Source of the DNA: Felis catus
Lineage: Eukaryota
Length of the DNA stretch: 64,000 bases
Direction: 5' to 3'
NCBI RefSeq assembly: GCF_018350175.1
Contig: NC_058368.1
Location: 77,254,001-77,318,000 of the forward strand
Below are positions 22,534-35,581 of this stretch, piece after piece. Under the pieces are notes generated by a model that searched no databases, had not been told where the DNA came from, and was given only the letters and a program-made list of their open reading frames with translations. Position numbers and translations under genes: made by a program. Within the stretch, counting starts at the first letter, position 1. Every line of letters starts with the position of its first letter.

Positions 22534-24184
22534 TAACGTCTGATGACACTATGCTTACACAGACAAGAAGTGGGGCATCTGAAGCTCAGAACTGAGAAAT
22601 ACTACAGCATATAACACATGGGCTAATATATCTATAAAACATTCAAAATCCTTACAAAAGGGGCTGTATTGGTCCTTCTGACTGTTCTTTATTCACCTTA
22701 GCCTGTGTGACCATTCACTGGATAGTGGAGGTGGGCCATTCCTGCTTTCTGGTTCCCTTTCTTTTTCCCAGTTTCCAAGCATCAGGAGGGAGATGGGAGA
22801 GCTAGTCTGCTTTCTCTTTATAAAAAGAGCTGACTGTGTGTCACAGGGCCCGAGGGGCATGTTCCCCAGCAGAAATGAGAAAATGATGCTCTCCCAGAAG
22901 TCGCCTGAAGATTTGGGGAAGAGGCAAAGCGGAAACGCATGGGATCTCGGTTGTGAGTTCTTCCCATCTTCCCTGCCATGTTGACACAGCCACATTTTTA
23001 ACGTTTTAGTGATTTTCAAGGTCCCCTGTCTGCGTAAAAAAAAAAGTTACATAATATTTAAACTGGGTGTTTTGCTATCCTTTGGGACTCTGGGAATGTC
23101 GGAAGCCATGGAACTATGTCCCCAGACAAGCACGTGGCATCAACAGCCTCTTCAAGCATAAGCCAGGCAGGTACCAGTATCCACCTGCCTTGGACACATT
23201 TGGCACAGATCCAAGCAGTTCCAGACAAAAGTTTTCTCTTTCGTGTATTGACACAAACGCACAAATGATACCCCACTATCATCTAAATTTTGACCAAGAG
23301 TTTTTTTGTTTTGCTTTAATAAAATGCATTTCAACTTTGGAACATGCCCACATAGACAGAAAGTTGGCCCAACAGTATTTGGGGCAGACACCCAAGAACC
23401 AAAGGGCTTAGAAAATCAGGAGAAACTGAAAGGGTCCTTCAGCCAATTTAGGAACCTGGTAAGGGGGGGACCGCTAGGCTGACATGTTTACAACGGAGAG
23501 ATAGAGCCGTCTCACTGGTACCGGTGCCTTCCGTTTTTGCCGAGCCGGCTTCTTGCCCCCTTTTTATATTTTCCATCGAGTCTTTAGTGGAATTAGAATT
23601 GGCCCAATCAGGGAAGGAAGAGTTCAAAATGTTCATTTGTGGAGTTTTAAGTAACCAAAGTGAGGATCAATGCTCTGGAATCCCATTTACTATGATCCGA
23701 GAAGAAAGGAAGCAGATGAAGGTTGGACTAGTTGAGAACCCTCATCACCACCCCTGGCTGGATGGGCCCTCCAGTACCAGAGACGTGTTCTAACCTGGCA
23801 GAGCCACTGAATGGTTGACCCTCCATTTTTCCCACCCCAAGCTCCCCGAGTTTTACGGACTAAGTAGAAGTGGCTAAAGATAGAGATTTATTATGCTTAC
23901 TTTGGCAAAAGGGGCTTGAAATGGTGGCCCTTCTTCATGCTTCCTTATTCCTTAGGTAGACTTGACTTTTAAGCAAAAAATGCCATGTATGTTGAATTTT
24001 CCTGTTGGTCAGTCAGACTGTTAACTACGTATTTCTTAATCCATCTTACAGGAGATAAATCTGGTACACAATCATAAAGGAAACTCCCAATTCTCTTCTT
24101 CAATACTTTGTATTCTGGGCATGACTCTTAGAAAACTCTGTATGGAAATAACCGACGTAAATGCTCCGAGGGGGAAAAATTCTT

Positions 24185-24411
24185 TGTTTTTTAATGTTTT
24201 TTAATGTTTTTTTAAATTTATTTTTGAGACAGAGAGAGACAGGGCATGAGCAGAGGAGGGGCAGAGAGAGAGGGAGACACAGAATCTGAAGCAGGCTCCA
24301 GGCCCTGAGCTGTCAGCACAGAGCCCGACGGGGGTCTCGAACTCTCCGACTGTGAGATCATGACCTGAGCCGAAGTCGGACGCTCAACCGACTGAGCCAC
24401 CCCGGCGCCCG
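24185..24411 (-). mobile_element. Can-SINE
   Basis: Perfect 17-bp TSD GAGGGGGAAAAATTCTT (24168-24184, 24412-24428). Confidence 0.97.
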
Positions 24412-24808
24412 GAGGGGGAAAAATTCTTAAACAGCGATTTCTATGATTGCACCCTACTTTTCCCCACCGAGACACGTGCCTCTGGAAAAATCTATACACT
24501 TTGGCGGATCGACGTAAGCAAACAGCTTTGAATTCACATCTGTTTTTGTTGTTGTTGGAGTTCTGATTTTAAGGTAACATGGCAATTGGCAAAGCAATTC
24601 TTACTTTCTGTTGAATCCAAGAGAGTCTAAAATGTTTCAATATAGGTAGTCATCACTAGAGGTCATCCTGAATAAACATTTTTAAGCAAAGTAAATATAT
24701 ACGCATGATGTCAGTTTTACACACACACACACACGTTAGAGGATACTGGTTGAATATGCTGGTAATTTGGAGAGTGGCAAGTGAGATAATGTTCTAAAAG
24801 AACGTTGC

Positions 24809-25100
24809 CCCTCCCCCGTTCATGCTCTGTCTCTCTCTGTCCCAAAAATAAATAAAAACGTTGAAAAAAAATAAAAAAAAAAGGGGGCGCCTGGGTGGCG
24901 CAGTCGGTTAAGCGTCCAACTTCAGCCAGGTCACGATCTCGCGGTCCGTGAGTTCGAGCCCCACGTCAGGCTCTGGGCTGATGGCTCGGAGCCTGGAGCC
25001 TGTTTCCGATTCTGTGTCTCCCTCTCTCTCTGCCCCTCCCCCATTCATGCTCTGTCTCTCTCTGTCCCAAAAATAAATAAAAACGTTGAAAAAAAATAAA
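24809..25100 (+). mobile_element. Tandem young Can-SINE: 3' fragment (24809-24882) plus full copy (24883-25100)
   Basis: Both parts carry the GTCCCAAAAATAAATAAAAACGTTG tail; one outer TSD TAAAAGAACGTTGC (24795-24808, 25101-25114). Confidence 0.96.
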
Positions 25101-25268
25101 TAAAAGAACGTTGCACACTATAACACACTACATCAATGTGAGCCAGTGTTCTTATCCTTACTATTTTTAATGAAGGCCCTACTTTTATGCATAGTGGATC
25201 TGCTTCTGTCCCACTTGCAACCACTTTCCCTGTGGTACATGATGCAAAAATAAAGTATTCTGATGCTT

Positions 25269-25411
25269 CATTCAGCACTCAAGGGGTGGTCTGTGGACCG
25301 TCAGCATTGTCAATACCTGGGAACTTGTTGAGATCCAGAATCTCAGTCCAGGCCCCTGGCTGAGCACATTTTAACAAGACCTCCAGGTGATTCTTACACT
25401 TGAGAAGCCTG
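25269..25411. mobile_element. MER5A-like hAT-Charlie MITE
   Basis: GTGGTCTGTGGACC..CACCTGGGAACTTGTT-like core..CAGAATCTCAG..CATTTTAACAAGACCTCCAGGTGATTCT..TTGAGAAGC. Confidence 0.82.
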
Positions 25412-25739
25412 GGTTTGATCATACGGGCCGCTAATAATACCTCAAGTGGCAGCACAGGGGTGTGGGAAATGTATTAAGACTGGAATCAGATTTAATCACC
25501 CGATCTTCAGCTTTCCCATGGGAAAAATGGGTTCCAGTTAAAATTCTATGTATAACTAGTAAAGACATCTCCCTGTGTACATAGATGGCAGTTGGCTATT
25601 TACCAGGTACCCACATTGTCATTGTGTAAGCTCCTTACGGCAAGGAGAGAAAATGGGAGAAGTTTGGAGCGTGTTACTTACAGGTCAATCAGACATCGCT
25701 GATCTTTCCCCTAAAGCACTCCACTGTCTCCCACAGCCT

Positions 25740-26030
25740 TGTTCATCCTCCAGCTTTTCCCCCTGGCTGAAAAACTCTCTCCCCTACACCGAAATAACTT
25801 CTGGTCCCCCTCAGTGACCATCAAATGAAGTCCACTCAAATTCCTTACAATGGCTTTTACCATCACCTATACCCAGACCCCAAGTGACTTTCTCTGGTTT
25901 CTCTCCCCCCTTTTGCTACACACACATGATCCTTAAGAGGCTGCGAAATCCAAGAGCGTTTACCTCTTCTTCTCAGTCCTTATCATGCCTGGGACTTTTT
26001 CCTGCTTGGAGTGAAAGCACGTTCCGTGCA
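25740..26030 (+). mobile_element. L2 fragment
   Basis: AAATGAAGTCC..TTCCTTACAATGGCTT and TTCCTGCTTGGAGTG motifs; boundaries approximate. Confidence 0.45.
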
Positions 26031-26388
26031 CTGAATGGAACCCGAGTTCTCAGGAATGTGAATTTGGTTTGGTCCAGAGAGCTGGGAGTCTGGGGATGCT
26101 CCGGTCCACCATCTTCCACGCCCAGATTTCCTCCTCATCCCAAACATCACTGTCTCTCCTGGACACACGTCTCTAGCGAGTGATCCCCTGGCACATAAAC
26201 ATTAAGAAGAGAGGAGCTCGGTCTAGTGGAACATTTTTCCTTCTTATTTCTCTGAAAGCCTGTTTTGGCAAGATTTTACATCTTAATTTCAGAGCATTTC
26301 ATGCCACATTTTACAACTCAAGATTAAATTTTCTGCTCAGCCTCCATATTCAAACTATTTTCTCTTGAACAAAAATAAAACGACTCAT

Positions 26389-26621
26389 GGGGCGCCTGGA
26401 TGGCTCAGTCAGTTAAGCATCTGACTTCAGCTCAGGTCATGACCTCGCCGTCTGTGAGTTCGAGCCCCGCGTCGGGCTCTGCGCTGACAGCTCAGAGCCT
26501 GGAGCCTGCTTCGGGTCCTGTGTCTCCCTCTCTCTCTCTGCCCCTCCTCTGCTCACACTCTGTCTCTCTCTCTTCCTCAAAAATGAATAAACATTAAAAA
26601 AAAATTAAAAAAAAACAAAAC
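26389..26621 (+). mobile_element. Can-SINE
   Basis: TSD AAAATAAAA(C/T)GACTCA (26372-26387, 26622-26637). Confidence 0.97.
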
Positions 26622-27428
26622 AAAATAAAATGACTCACTATCCGGAATGTACTCAGCCACGTAAAATAGAAGAATTTAGTCACGTGAGCATTTTTAGTCA
26701 ACTATCTCAGTAGTCTGTGAACACTAGTTATAAACACTGGGCTCTGAGAAAATCTACAGAAACTCTATATCATGAAACAAGTGCATCGTATGCTTTTCAG
26801 TTCCCTTTAGCAAGGAAGCGATTTACATCATCAGAACATTTCAGCTGAAATAGTTTTTCAACACAAATCAAACATAAGGACTCTTACTGGAATCGTTCCT
26901 TTCTTATGATTTTTTTGTCTCTAGTCTTACTGTAATTGCACTCGTTCAATGGAAGCCTTTTTAGGTCTAAAGATTTTTCACAAACATTGGAGCATTTGAT
27001 AAAATAAAGCAAGTTGCTTTGCTTTGATGTTGCCTACAAAAGGAGGTCTCGACTTGTTGGGCCATAAAAAAATACTAACGAATTTGGGATTTGTCAAACA
27101 GATGAAATCTTTTTCATCTCAAAGAAATGAGTCGTAGGAAACAAATGTGACTTGAACCTTCTACAATACTTCCTCCTCTGCTTCACAAGAGAGGGTAACA
27201 TCCTCATCATCGAGGGAATTTAGAGGACTGTCCTTGAAGACAGTTGGAATGAGGTTTCAAAATGGCGTCAGGCTCTTCATGCTTGAGTGGCACCAAGATA
27301 ATTATTTGTCACAGCTGTTTCTGCCTCGGGGAATGATAGAATTAGGGAACTGCATTTTCAAATAGATGCAGTTTATTCCAGTTCACATTACTTTAAGCTA
27401 AAGTCAGTGTATGACAACAGAGGGATAT

Positions 27429-27505
27429 TTTGTTTTCTTTTTCTTTTCTTTTCTTTTTTCTTTCTTCTTCCCTTCCTTCCTTCCTCCCTCCCTTTCTCTC
27501 TCTTT

Positions 27506-27551
<46 letters not shown>

Positions 27552-27637
27552 TCTTCCTTTCTTTTTTCTTCTTTCTCTTTCTTTCTTCCTCTTTCTTTCT
27601 TTCTTCTTTCTTTCCCTTTCTTTCCTCTTCTTTCTTT
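27429..27637. repeat. About 210-bp polypyrimidine compound microsatellite (TTTC/CTT/TTCC)
   Basis: Almost purine-free tract; it explains the F/S/L-rich and K/E/R-rich ORFs here. Confidence 0.96.
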
Positions 27638-27859
27638 CGAGTGAAGTTAACAGGTTTATGCACAGTAGCAACTGTTCTATTTTCTAAAGATTTGTCAAGC
27701 TTCACAATAAGATTAACCCGAACACCTCTTCCTACAGATGCATGGGCACCTGGTTAGCTTATTCGAGGCCTCCGTGAGCGATTGCCATTTTCTTGGTCAT
27801 CTGTGCTACTAACCAAGTTTCATTGTGTGTGACACTCTTAAGGACACCAGGCCAGATAG

Positions 27860-28080
27860 GATTTGCAGCATTTGGGTTAGGACTGCATTTGTCCTGGAGA
27901 GATTAACAAATTCTGGGAGAACTGAGTATTTTCTAATACATGCACTTACCTACTTGTCAAGGATCAACATCACACCCTTTGAGTTTTAGTTCAAGAGTTT
28001 GTGTAGGAAATTGGTTATTATGTCTAATTGTGACGGGTAATGTTTTGTCATCCTTTGTTTTAGGAAAAGTCTTTGTGTGT
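27860..28080 (-). mobile_element. Old L1M fragment
   Basis: TTAGGACTGCATT..AATTCTGGGAGAACTGA..TTTCTAATA resembles antisense L1 ORF2. Confidence 0.45.
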
Positions 28081-28153
28081 GTGAATTGGTCATCCTTCAG
28101 TTATAATTTCTGTCATTAGGATCAGGTAAGGCAGCTTCTCTGACATCATAGTT

Positions 28154-28372
28154 CTTTAAAACAATTCTTTTTTCATCTTTATTCATTTTTGAGTGAGAGA
28201 CAGAGTGCAACTGGGGGAGGGCAGCGAGAGAGGGAGACACAGGATCCGAAGGGGGCTCCAGGCTCTGAGCTGTCAGCAAAGAGCCTGATGCAGGGCTTGA
28301 ACCCGTGAACTGTGAGATCATGACCTGAGCTGAAGTAGGACGCTTAACCAACTGAGCCACCCAGGTTCTCCC
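28154..28372 (-). mobile_element. Can-SINE
   Basis: TSD TGACATCATAGTT (28141-28153, 28373-28385). Confidence 0.96.
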
Positions 28373-29627
28373 TGACATCATAGTTTGTACCCCATTTTCT
28401 TGAGACTCTCTGAGTTGGCAGCCAGTATATTTACTGAGCAGTTCTATATGGCCATGGTATATACTGAGCATAGAAAAACCACAACATCGTCGACATGATT
28501 GTAATCTTGTGTAAACGTTGACAGACGTAATATCTATACAATATATATATTTACATATCTATGTTATAAATACAGTTATACACATCTGTATTTATTTATG
28601 TTTATACGTATTAGGACTTTAACAGTTTAAGTATTTAATGAAACATTTCATCAGACTTCTTTGAATGAGGATATAATGTTACATTGGAAAGGGTGAAAAA
28701 TACATCAGACATAAACAGTAGTTATTTCCTACATTCAGAAGCAAGGACAGAAAACTCAAAAGGGAAGAGGGGCAAAGACGTTAATAACTTCAACGCCAAT
28801 TTATGTTTATTCCTTTATCTAAAAAAACAAAGCATAGACTTATTTGATCAAAAACTTTGGACCATGACAACATTTCAAGTAAACGAACAAACAAAAAAAG
28901 ATCTAAAAGATCACGGATACCAGCTAGGTGACAGCTGTTTTTCATCATGTGATATAATTCTAATTTCGTATCATTAAGATACATGAAATATGTATATTGA
29001 GCCCATGGATATTTAATTCCTTGTGTACACAATTAAGATAAGAGATTATCCAACTAAACTCTCCCAAAGTGAAAACGTTCTTAAGCGCAGGACTGTAGTT
29101 CCCAGAGCATCCAACCCTTTAGAAGTTCTTTGTTACAACACCTCTTTATTTACATCTTGGATCCAGACATCTAGGCGAAAAGGAAAAGCATTGTAGCTAG
29201 CATTTTACCCAACAGCTTCAAAATGTTGCTTACCTGCTATTACTTAAGAGCCATTATAAAGCTTTGTTTAGATAAGGTGGCCTTGCTATCTGCAAAACTG
29301 ACCTTACAATGGAGCTGATTTGATTAAATGGCTGTAAGTTGTAGTCAATAAATAATCTCGCTGCTTAGGAAACCATCTCAGGCCAGCCTTCGGATGAAGG
29401 GCTGCACGAAATAAGATGTCAAAACTTATTCTCTGCCGCTTCCCTCTCTCCAGACCCATCTGTTCATTGTTTAATCGAGAGAGGATTCAATTTCTCTGCG
29501 TCTATAAGAAGACACAAAAACCAGGAAACAAAAACACGACCAACAACAATGAAGGCTTAGGTTCTTAAGTGTTTAAGTGTTTTCCAGTTGGTTTGAGCTG
29601 TCAGTGCAAGCAAAACAGTTTGCCAGT

Positions 29628-29763
29628 CAGCGGGTCTCCAACTGGAGCGTGTCAGAATCTCTGATTCGGTACGTGTGGGGAGGGGGGACCTGAGAGTTTT
29701 CAAGACTAGCAGTTTGCAGGCGACAGTAATGTGTGGACCCTAGGACCACATTTGGGAATCGCT
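29628..29763. mobile_element. MER5A-like MITE
   Basis: CAGCGGGTCTCCAACT..CAGAATCTCTGATTCGGTA..GGACCACATTTGGGAATCGCT. Confidence 0.7.
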
Positions 29764-29835
29764 CTTCTTAACTGTTACTTCTGCGTTCAGCTTAGAAACA
29801 GTTTTGTATCATGCTTTAAAAACAGTAGTGCTATC

Positions 29836-29963
29836 GGGGCGCCTGGGTGGCTCAGTCGGCTGGGCGTCCGACTTGGGCTCAGGTCATGATCTCGCGGTTT
29901 GTGAGTTCGAGCCCTGCATTGGGCTCTGTGCTGACAGCTCAGAGCCTGGAGCCTGCTTTGGAT

Positions 29964-29994
<31 letters not shown>

Positions 29995-30077
29995 CTCTCT
30001 CTCTCTGCCCTTCCCCTGCTCATGCTCTGTCTCTCTCTGTCTCAAAAATAAAAACATTAAAAAAATTAAAAAAAAAA
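29836..30077 (+). mobile_element. Can-SINE with internal (TG)n expansion
   Basis: TSD TAAAAACAGTAGTG; the TGTGT of the body has expanded to about 14 TG units. Confidence 0.96.
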
Positions 30078-30182
30078 TAAAAACAGTAGTGTTCTGTTAA
30101 AGGAAGATTTTTCCTTTTGTCATTCGAGAAAGGAATCACATAAATGCTGTCCACGTATTTTGTTTTTTTTGTGATGCTGTTC

Positions 30183-30298
30183 TAGGTTGACAGATAAAAT
30201 ACAGAACACCTAGTTAAATTTGACTGTAAGATAAACAGCTAACGGCTTTTCGGTGTAAGTATATCCCATGGATAAATTTGTTAAATTTAGAAACCCTA
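30183..30298. mobile_element. MER53 hAT MITE, internally deleted
   Basis: TAGGTTGACAGATAAAATACAGAACACCTAGTTAAATTTG..GATAAACA..TAAGTATATCCCATG...AAACCCTA matches the MER53 left arm and right terminus. Confidence 0.8.
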
Positions 30299-30553
30299 CA
30301 TTGAGTCATGAAAAGGAAGTTCATAGCCTATTTGTTTTGTCCTTCCTTAATGAAACAAATTACTATTTTAATGGGAACATATATCTATAGTCTGTGACTA
30401 TATCAAAATTTCCATAATTTCTGAAAGTGTAAATAAAATTTCAGGTCATGTTGTATTTTAAATAATAATGCTGCAAATTTGGGGTGATCACTTTTAGTTA
30501 ATAACGGGGTCTAATTATATTCCTTAAGTACCTTTAAAATTGGTTACCCCCCT

Positions 30554-30774
30554 GGGGTGGCTGGGTGGCTCAGTCCGTTAGGCGTCTGACCTCGGCTCAG
30601 GTCATGATCTCACAGTTTGTGGGTTTGAGCCCTGCTTTGGGCTCTATGCTGACAGCTCAGAGCCAGGAGCCTGCTTCGGATTCTGTGTCTCCCTCTGTCT
30701 CTGCCCTTCCCCCACTCACACTCTGTCTCTCTCTGCCTCTCAAAAAATGAATAAACATTAAAAAAATTTTTTTT
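30554..30774 (+). mobile_element. Can-SINE
   Basis: Full length; TSD about TAAA(A)TTG(G/T)TTACCCCCC. Confidence 0.95.
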
Positions 30775-31537
30775 TAAATTGTTTACCCCCCCCAGTAAAT
30801 ATTAAAAAAATTTTTAAAAATGGTTATCCCTAAATTAAGGCACATGCCACTGTGTTAGACGAGCAAACTGATTTAACTTTGCCCAAAGAAGTCTCGAACA
30901 GGATCCAGCTTTGTGGAATGAGAAAACTGGCAACAGCGTGAACTTGGAGATGTGCATTAGTTGAAATCACAAGTCACTGCGGGACTTTGAGGAAGCCAGT
31001 GGTCTCCATTTTCTAACTTGTAAAGGGGATTGCGTGGGATCGAGACTGCACATTTGGTAAATATTAGACTTCAGAAACTCCATGCTGAATCGGGGCTCCT
31101 TGATCACAGGCGAGCTGATGGATGACAATCCAAGTTACAAAGGTGTTGCCCATGTGGGTTTCAAATGGTGATTGAATAGAGGACCCCGTTTCACCTTAAT
31201 GCAGAACTTCTAATAACGTTGGCTGGCATTTTGGGAGTTAACCAGCATCAGATCTCTGATTTCTTAAATGTATCGAAATTCTACTGCAAAGCTCAGGTTT
31301 TTATCTTTCCTCCCATGCAAAAGAACCTTGCCAGTAGTCAGAAATTGATTTCAGGGCACGCTGGCATGCACCCATGTGCTTCTTATTCATTGTAAAGGGA
31401 GTGAGTTATTATTAGAAAGCCAAGTGGTAGCTATCATTAGTGAGATTTCGGTAATACTTTCTACTGCAACATAATTCCTTTAATTATCTAACATGGCCAA
31501 GATGAGAGTCGCCTTGTACCTGTACCTTTCCAGGTAG

Positions 31538-31540
<3 letters not shown>

Positions 31541-31582
<42 letters not shown>
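31541..31582. repeat. (CA)21 microsatellite
   Basis: Read directly. Confidence 0.97.
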
Positions 31583-31585
<3 letters not shown>

Positions 31586-32249
31586 ATGCTTTCATTGGCA
31601 CAGAAGCTAATAATTGAGCCCCTCTATCTACTACTTTAAGATTTGTCTTCTGGCGTTTTCCTCTCTAGTACTTGAGGCTGATGTAGCTTTTATTTTTCCA
31701 GAGTGCAAATTTGAGTAGCTCCCAGGTTGAGAAATATTTTCCACGAAGGGCTATGGAAACTAAAAGAAAAATGATGTTGACTCTGGTATTTTGGTCCTTG
31801 CACATGAGAAAAAGCTTTTAAGAGATTATTCCTAAAAAAAGAAAATGCCAGCTTTCCAGGGTTTTTTAGTAATCATACTCTAGCCTACAATTTTCAAGGA
31901 AAAAAATGCCTCAAGCTTTTTGGATTGAAAGCTAACTTGAGTGTTGTTTTGGAACATCCTTATTGAAGGAGTTTTGCCACTGGTATTGGAAACCAGACTG
32001 GGTTTGCTAAGCTGCTCAAGTAACACCTTCGCTAAACAAGTGTCCCTGTGTCTTTCAAATATTTTTTTTTTCCAAGAAAACAACCCATCTATTTCTTTGG
32101 CTGAAAAAAAAAGTTCTTATTGCCAATCCGCGCAATAAAGAAAGGTTTGGGGGGAAAGCGCCTGATGCTTAAGAAGCCAATTTCTCTCTTCCTTTTCCGC
32201 CTGAGTCTATCACAGTTTAGCTTCTTAATGCCACCATCCACCTCAGTCA

Positions 32250-33047
32250 TCCAGTGTTGGCTTCCATGTTGCAAATCCAGGGGCCATTTCTGAGTCCCTC
32301 GGGAGCATGTGATAGAGACAATGCTCTGCCTCCAGGTGTTTTCTTTTCTTGGCTTTCCGGAAATCACATGGTCTGGGTTTCCTCCTGGCTTTGAATTTCT
32401 CCATCTCCCTGACTTCTTTAGGGCTGAGCCCTTCTGCTCTTACACCTGTTTTTGCCCTGGGGCCTCTTATCCAGACACGTGATGTTCACCCGCATCTGGA
32501 GGTTGTTTCCCAAATTGATATCTTGAATCCAGACCTCTTTGCCCTGTACCTCCAAGTGTCCAACTATCTTCTTGACATTCCCATTTGACTCTCATACTGA
32601 AAATGGTTAATGGGTATAAAATCTGTTATTTCCTGACATTTGAACCCACTCTGAACCCAACTCCTTCCAGGTACTGGACTTTATTCTTACAGGTGCTCAG
32701 ACTCAATGCTATGGGGTCATCCTTGACATCTCCGTCTTTCTCTCTTTGCTCATTCCTTGGGCCATCCTATCTAAAATGTCAGCTCAACCTTCCTCCTCAT
32801 ATTTTTATCTATTCATTTTTACTCCTTAGCACTTAAGAGTATCTAACATATTGTGTGTTACACATACACACACAATATAAGCTATAGGATGAAAAGTATG
32901 TATATATACAGCCTTTCCCCTCAAGTCAAATAAAATTTTATCAGAGCAAGATGGTTGTCCATTTTGTTTACCACTATATCCCTAGGCTAGGGGCTCTGCC
33001 TGATACACAGTAGTTGTCAGATGAGTTTATTTAAAAAGTGAATGAAT
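32250..33047 (+). mobile_element. L2 (ORF2 end and 3' end)
   Basis: GTTGCAAATCCAGGGGCCATTTCT, TCCAACTATCTTCTTGACATTCCCA, GGGGTCATCCTTGAC and terminal GTGAATGAAT. Confidence 0.8.
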
Positions 33048-33200
33048 GGGGTGCCTGGCTGGTTCAGTGGGCTGAGCATCCTACTCTTGGTTTTGGCTCC
33101 AGTCATGATCTCGAGGTTCGTGGAGTTTGAGCCCTGCGTGGGGCTCTGTGCGGAAACCATGAAACCTACTTGGGATTCTCTCTCTCTCCACCCCTCCCCT

Positions 33201-33247
<47 letters not shown>

Positions 33248-33277
33248 ATAAATACATAAACTTTAAAAACATTTTAC
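33048..33277 (+). mobile_element. Can-SINE inserted in the L2 tail
   Basis: TSD AAAGTGAATGAAT. Confidence 0.94.
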
Positions 33278-34184
33278 AAAGTGAATGAATGGACAATAAT
33301 TATATACAAGATAGCCTTTACTAAATTTAAGTGAAATGAACACAAATAGATCCCAATGAAGTAGCAGAGTTATCTCTTTTAGTCCCAGATCTTGCAGTGG
33401 GAAAAGGGGATTACTAAAGCTGGCAGAGATGCAGAAAACAGTAGTAACAACCAGAGAATGAAAGAGTTTACTTTGGGTGTTCTACTTCCTACTCCACTCA
33501 GGAATTACTCTGCCTCTGCCCAAACCAGAGAATTCTATAACATTTCCCTCACCTATTTTGTCACATCTTTTTCAACAGGTGTGGTGCCCCCCCCCCCCAC
33601 CAGAGGACATTAATATTAGGAGGGATTCGTTTTTCTGGCACTTCAAGGATACATGGAACAGCATAATTGAAGGAGAGTGCTGAGATGACAGAAATTCAGT
33701 GGGTGAAATTAATATAATTTGAAGACAGTTTTGAGAAGGAAGGCGGACCGAGTACCATCTGCAATGAACACCTCCCCCCTTATTAAGGAATTTGGCCAAG
33801 TCACAAGACTACTGAGAATTAATAGTCGAACCAAAGCAAGAGGAAGACATTCTTAAAGACTGAGGAGTTCATTAGTGGCTGATCATTTTTTTCTGGCTCT
33901 TTTCACATGTATTTATTCTTTACGATACTGCTAACAATGCTTCACCGTAGTGTTCTAGTATTTTAACTTTCTTGTCATATATGATACTCAGCTCAGGATG
34001 GTATTTGACGTATAGACAGAGTCTCCTAAACTCGGTATGTAATAAAAAAGGCTAACGATTCGTTGGAAGAATAGCCCCCTTTTCCTATGAATAGATCACA
34101 ACAGCTTCAAATGTTCAGAAAAGATACATAGAAAAGTTGGGTTTGGACCACAAAAAGATTGGACCACAAAAGATTTATTGCTAA

Positions 34185-34340
34185 ATGATAATCTTCATTG
34201 ACAGCTAGTTAAGTACCAGGACTTTGGGCAAGAACCATACTTGTATAATCTCATTTAATGTTCCCCACGACATCATAAGAAATTGGCATGAGTGAGAATA
34301 TGAACGTAGAGACGTTCACAATGAGTTTGGCGAATGCTTA
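34185..34340 (-). mobile_element. MIR fragment
   Basis: GTACCAGGACT..ATCTCATTTAATGTTCCCCACGAC. Confidence 0.55.
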
Positions 34341-35581
34341 TTAGCTTTAGCTAGCACTAAGACTTTGTTTTTCAAAGTAAGGAAGATTGACTTCGGAAAG
34401 GAAGGTGGATTTACCATAGTAATAAGCATTGTCTGAAGCCCATATTTCCCTGCTGCCCCAAACATTATTTGGGTCTCTCTTCTACTTACATTCCCAGTGT
34501 CTCCTACATTATAAGGTTTATTTCCAGGGCCACTGTTCTTGGGTAAGAGTGTGGCAAATAGTCTCTGGGTTTCAGCAGTAGAGAAAGAGAAACTACCCAA
34601 CAAATCTCAAGGGAGGGAGCCTTATACTGGCGAAGGCAGGAAATTAACAGCTGACCTATGATTCTTCATCATAAACCTCAAATCCACCAATGTGATCAAA
34701 CTAATATAATCTGGTCCAATGACCTGTGTATACGTATGAGAAGCAGTATCTTAGGACCAAGTCACTCAATTTTTGGAAGGGTTCTTTGGAAGATCCATGA
34801 CTTTTTCTCTTCACTAAAACAATAACTCCTATTTCTTCCAATATTTTCAGAAATTTATTAACTATGAGGCATAACAGACATGGCTTGCTGCTACCCATCT
34901 TTACACCTTCTTGACTCCTCTTCATCTAAGCCTATCTGCTCTGAAAAATTTAACGGAGGTTGTTCCCCTCTCTTGTTGCCCCCAGAAACTCTACTTCAAT
35001 CAATAGTTTCTTCAGCATTGAAAGAATTTGGCTCACTAGGATCATAAGTAGTAGAAAGTCTCCTTAAAGCAGACTTTTCCTTTCCTGTCTTCTTCCTTCC
35101 CTTCCCATCCCCTACCCCGCCGTATTGTCTTGTACAGCATTCTACACACAGAAGGTGATTAACATATTCATCTTGTTGAGTATTTAGTAGCATTGGAGAG
35201 CTATGTTGATATGATTGCTGCCCGTAGAGGGGAAAAAAAATGAGAAGGTGTTTTACAGTAATGTGGTGGCATCACAGAGTTCACAGATAAATTTTCCTGT
35301 TGAAATATTTTTAAATTAATGTGTGACCCTTCACTGGGGATCATTTTGAACACAGCTATAACTTTTGAAGAAAATAAATCACTGAATCAGACAGTGTTTA
35401 TTAGTCAATGTTCTGTTATTTCCTAAAGCATTGCTTCTACTTGTGATAAAATTGGCGGCCAGGGAGATAAAAAGAGTACTTGAAAGTGTTTTATCCACAG
35501 GTCCTAGATGAATCACAGAAATACAGTGTATATTACAAGAGAAATTCTGTTAATTTCAACCCTAATGTCTAAAAAATACTA

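Noticed and set aside
27388..27757. K/E/R-rich and F/S/L-rich ORFs
   Set aside because: Translations of the polypyrimidine microsatellite
28064..28125. 62-nt plus-strand pseudo-exon with good splice sites
   Set aside because: Stops in all frames, and it overlaps a probable antisense L1 remnant
29233..29501. Minus-strand acceptor/donor pair
   Set aside because: No convincing coding frame and opposite to the inferred transcription direction; such pairs arise by chance
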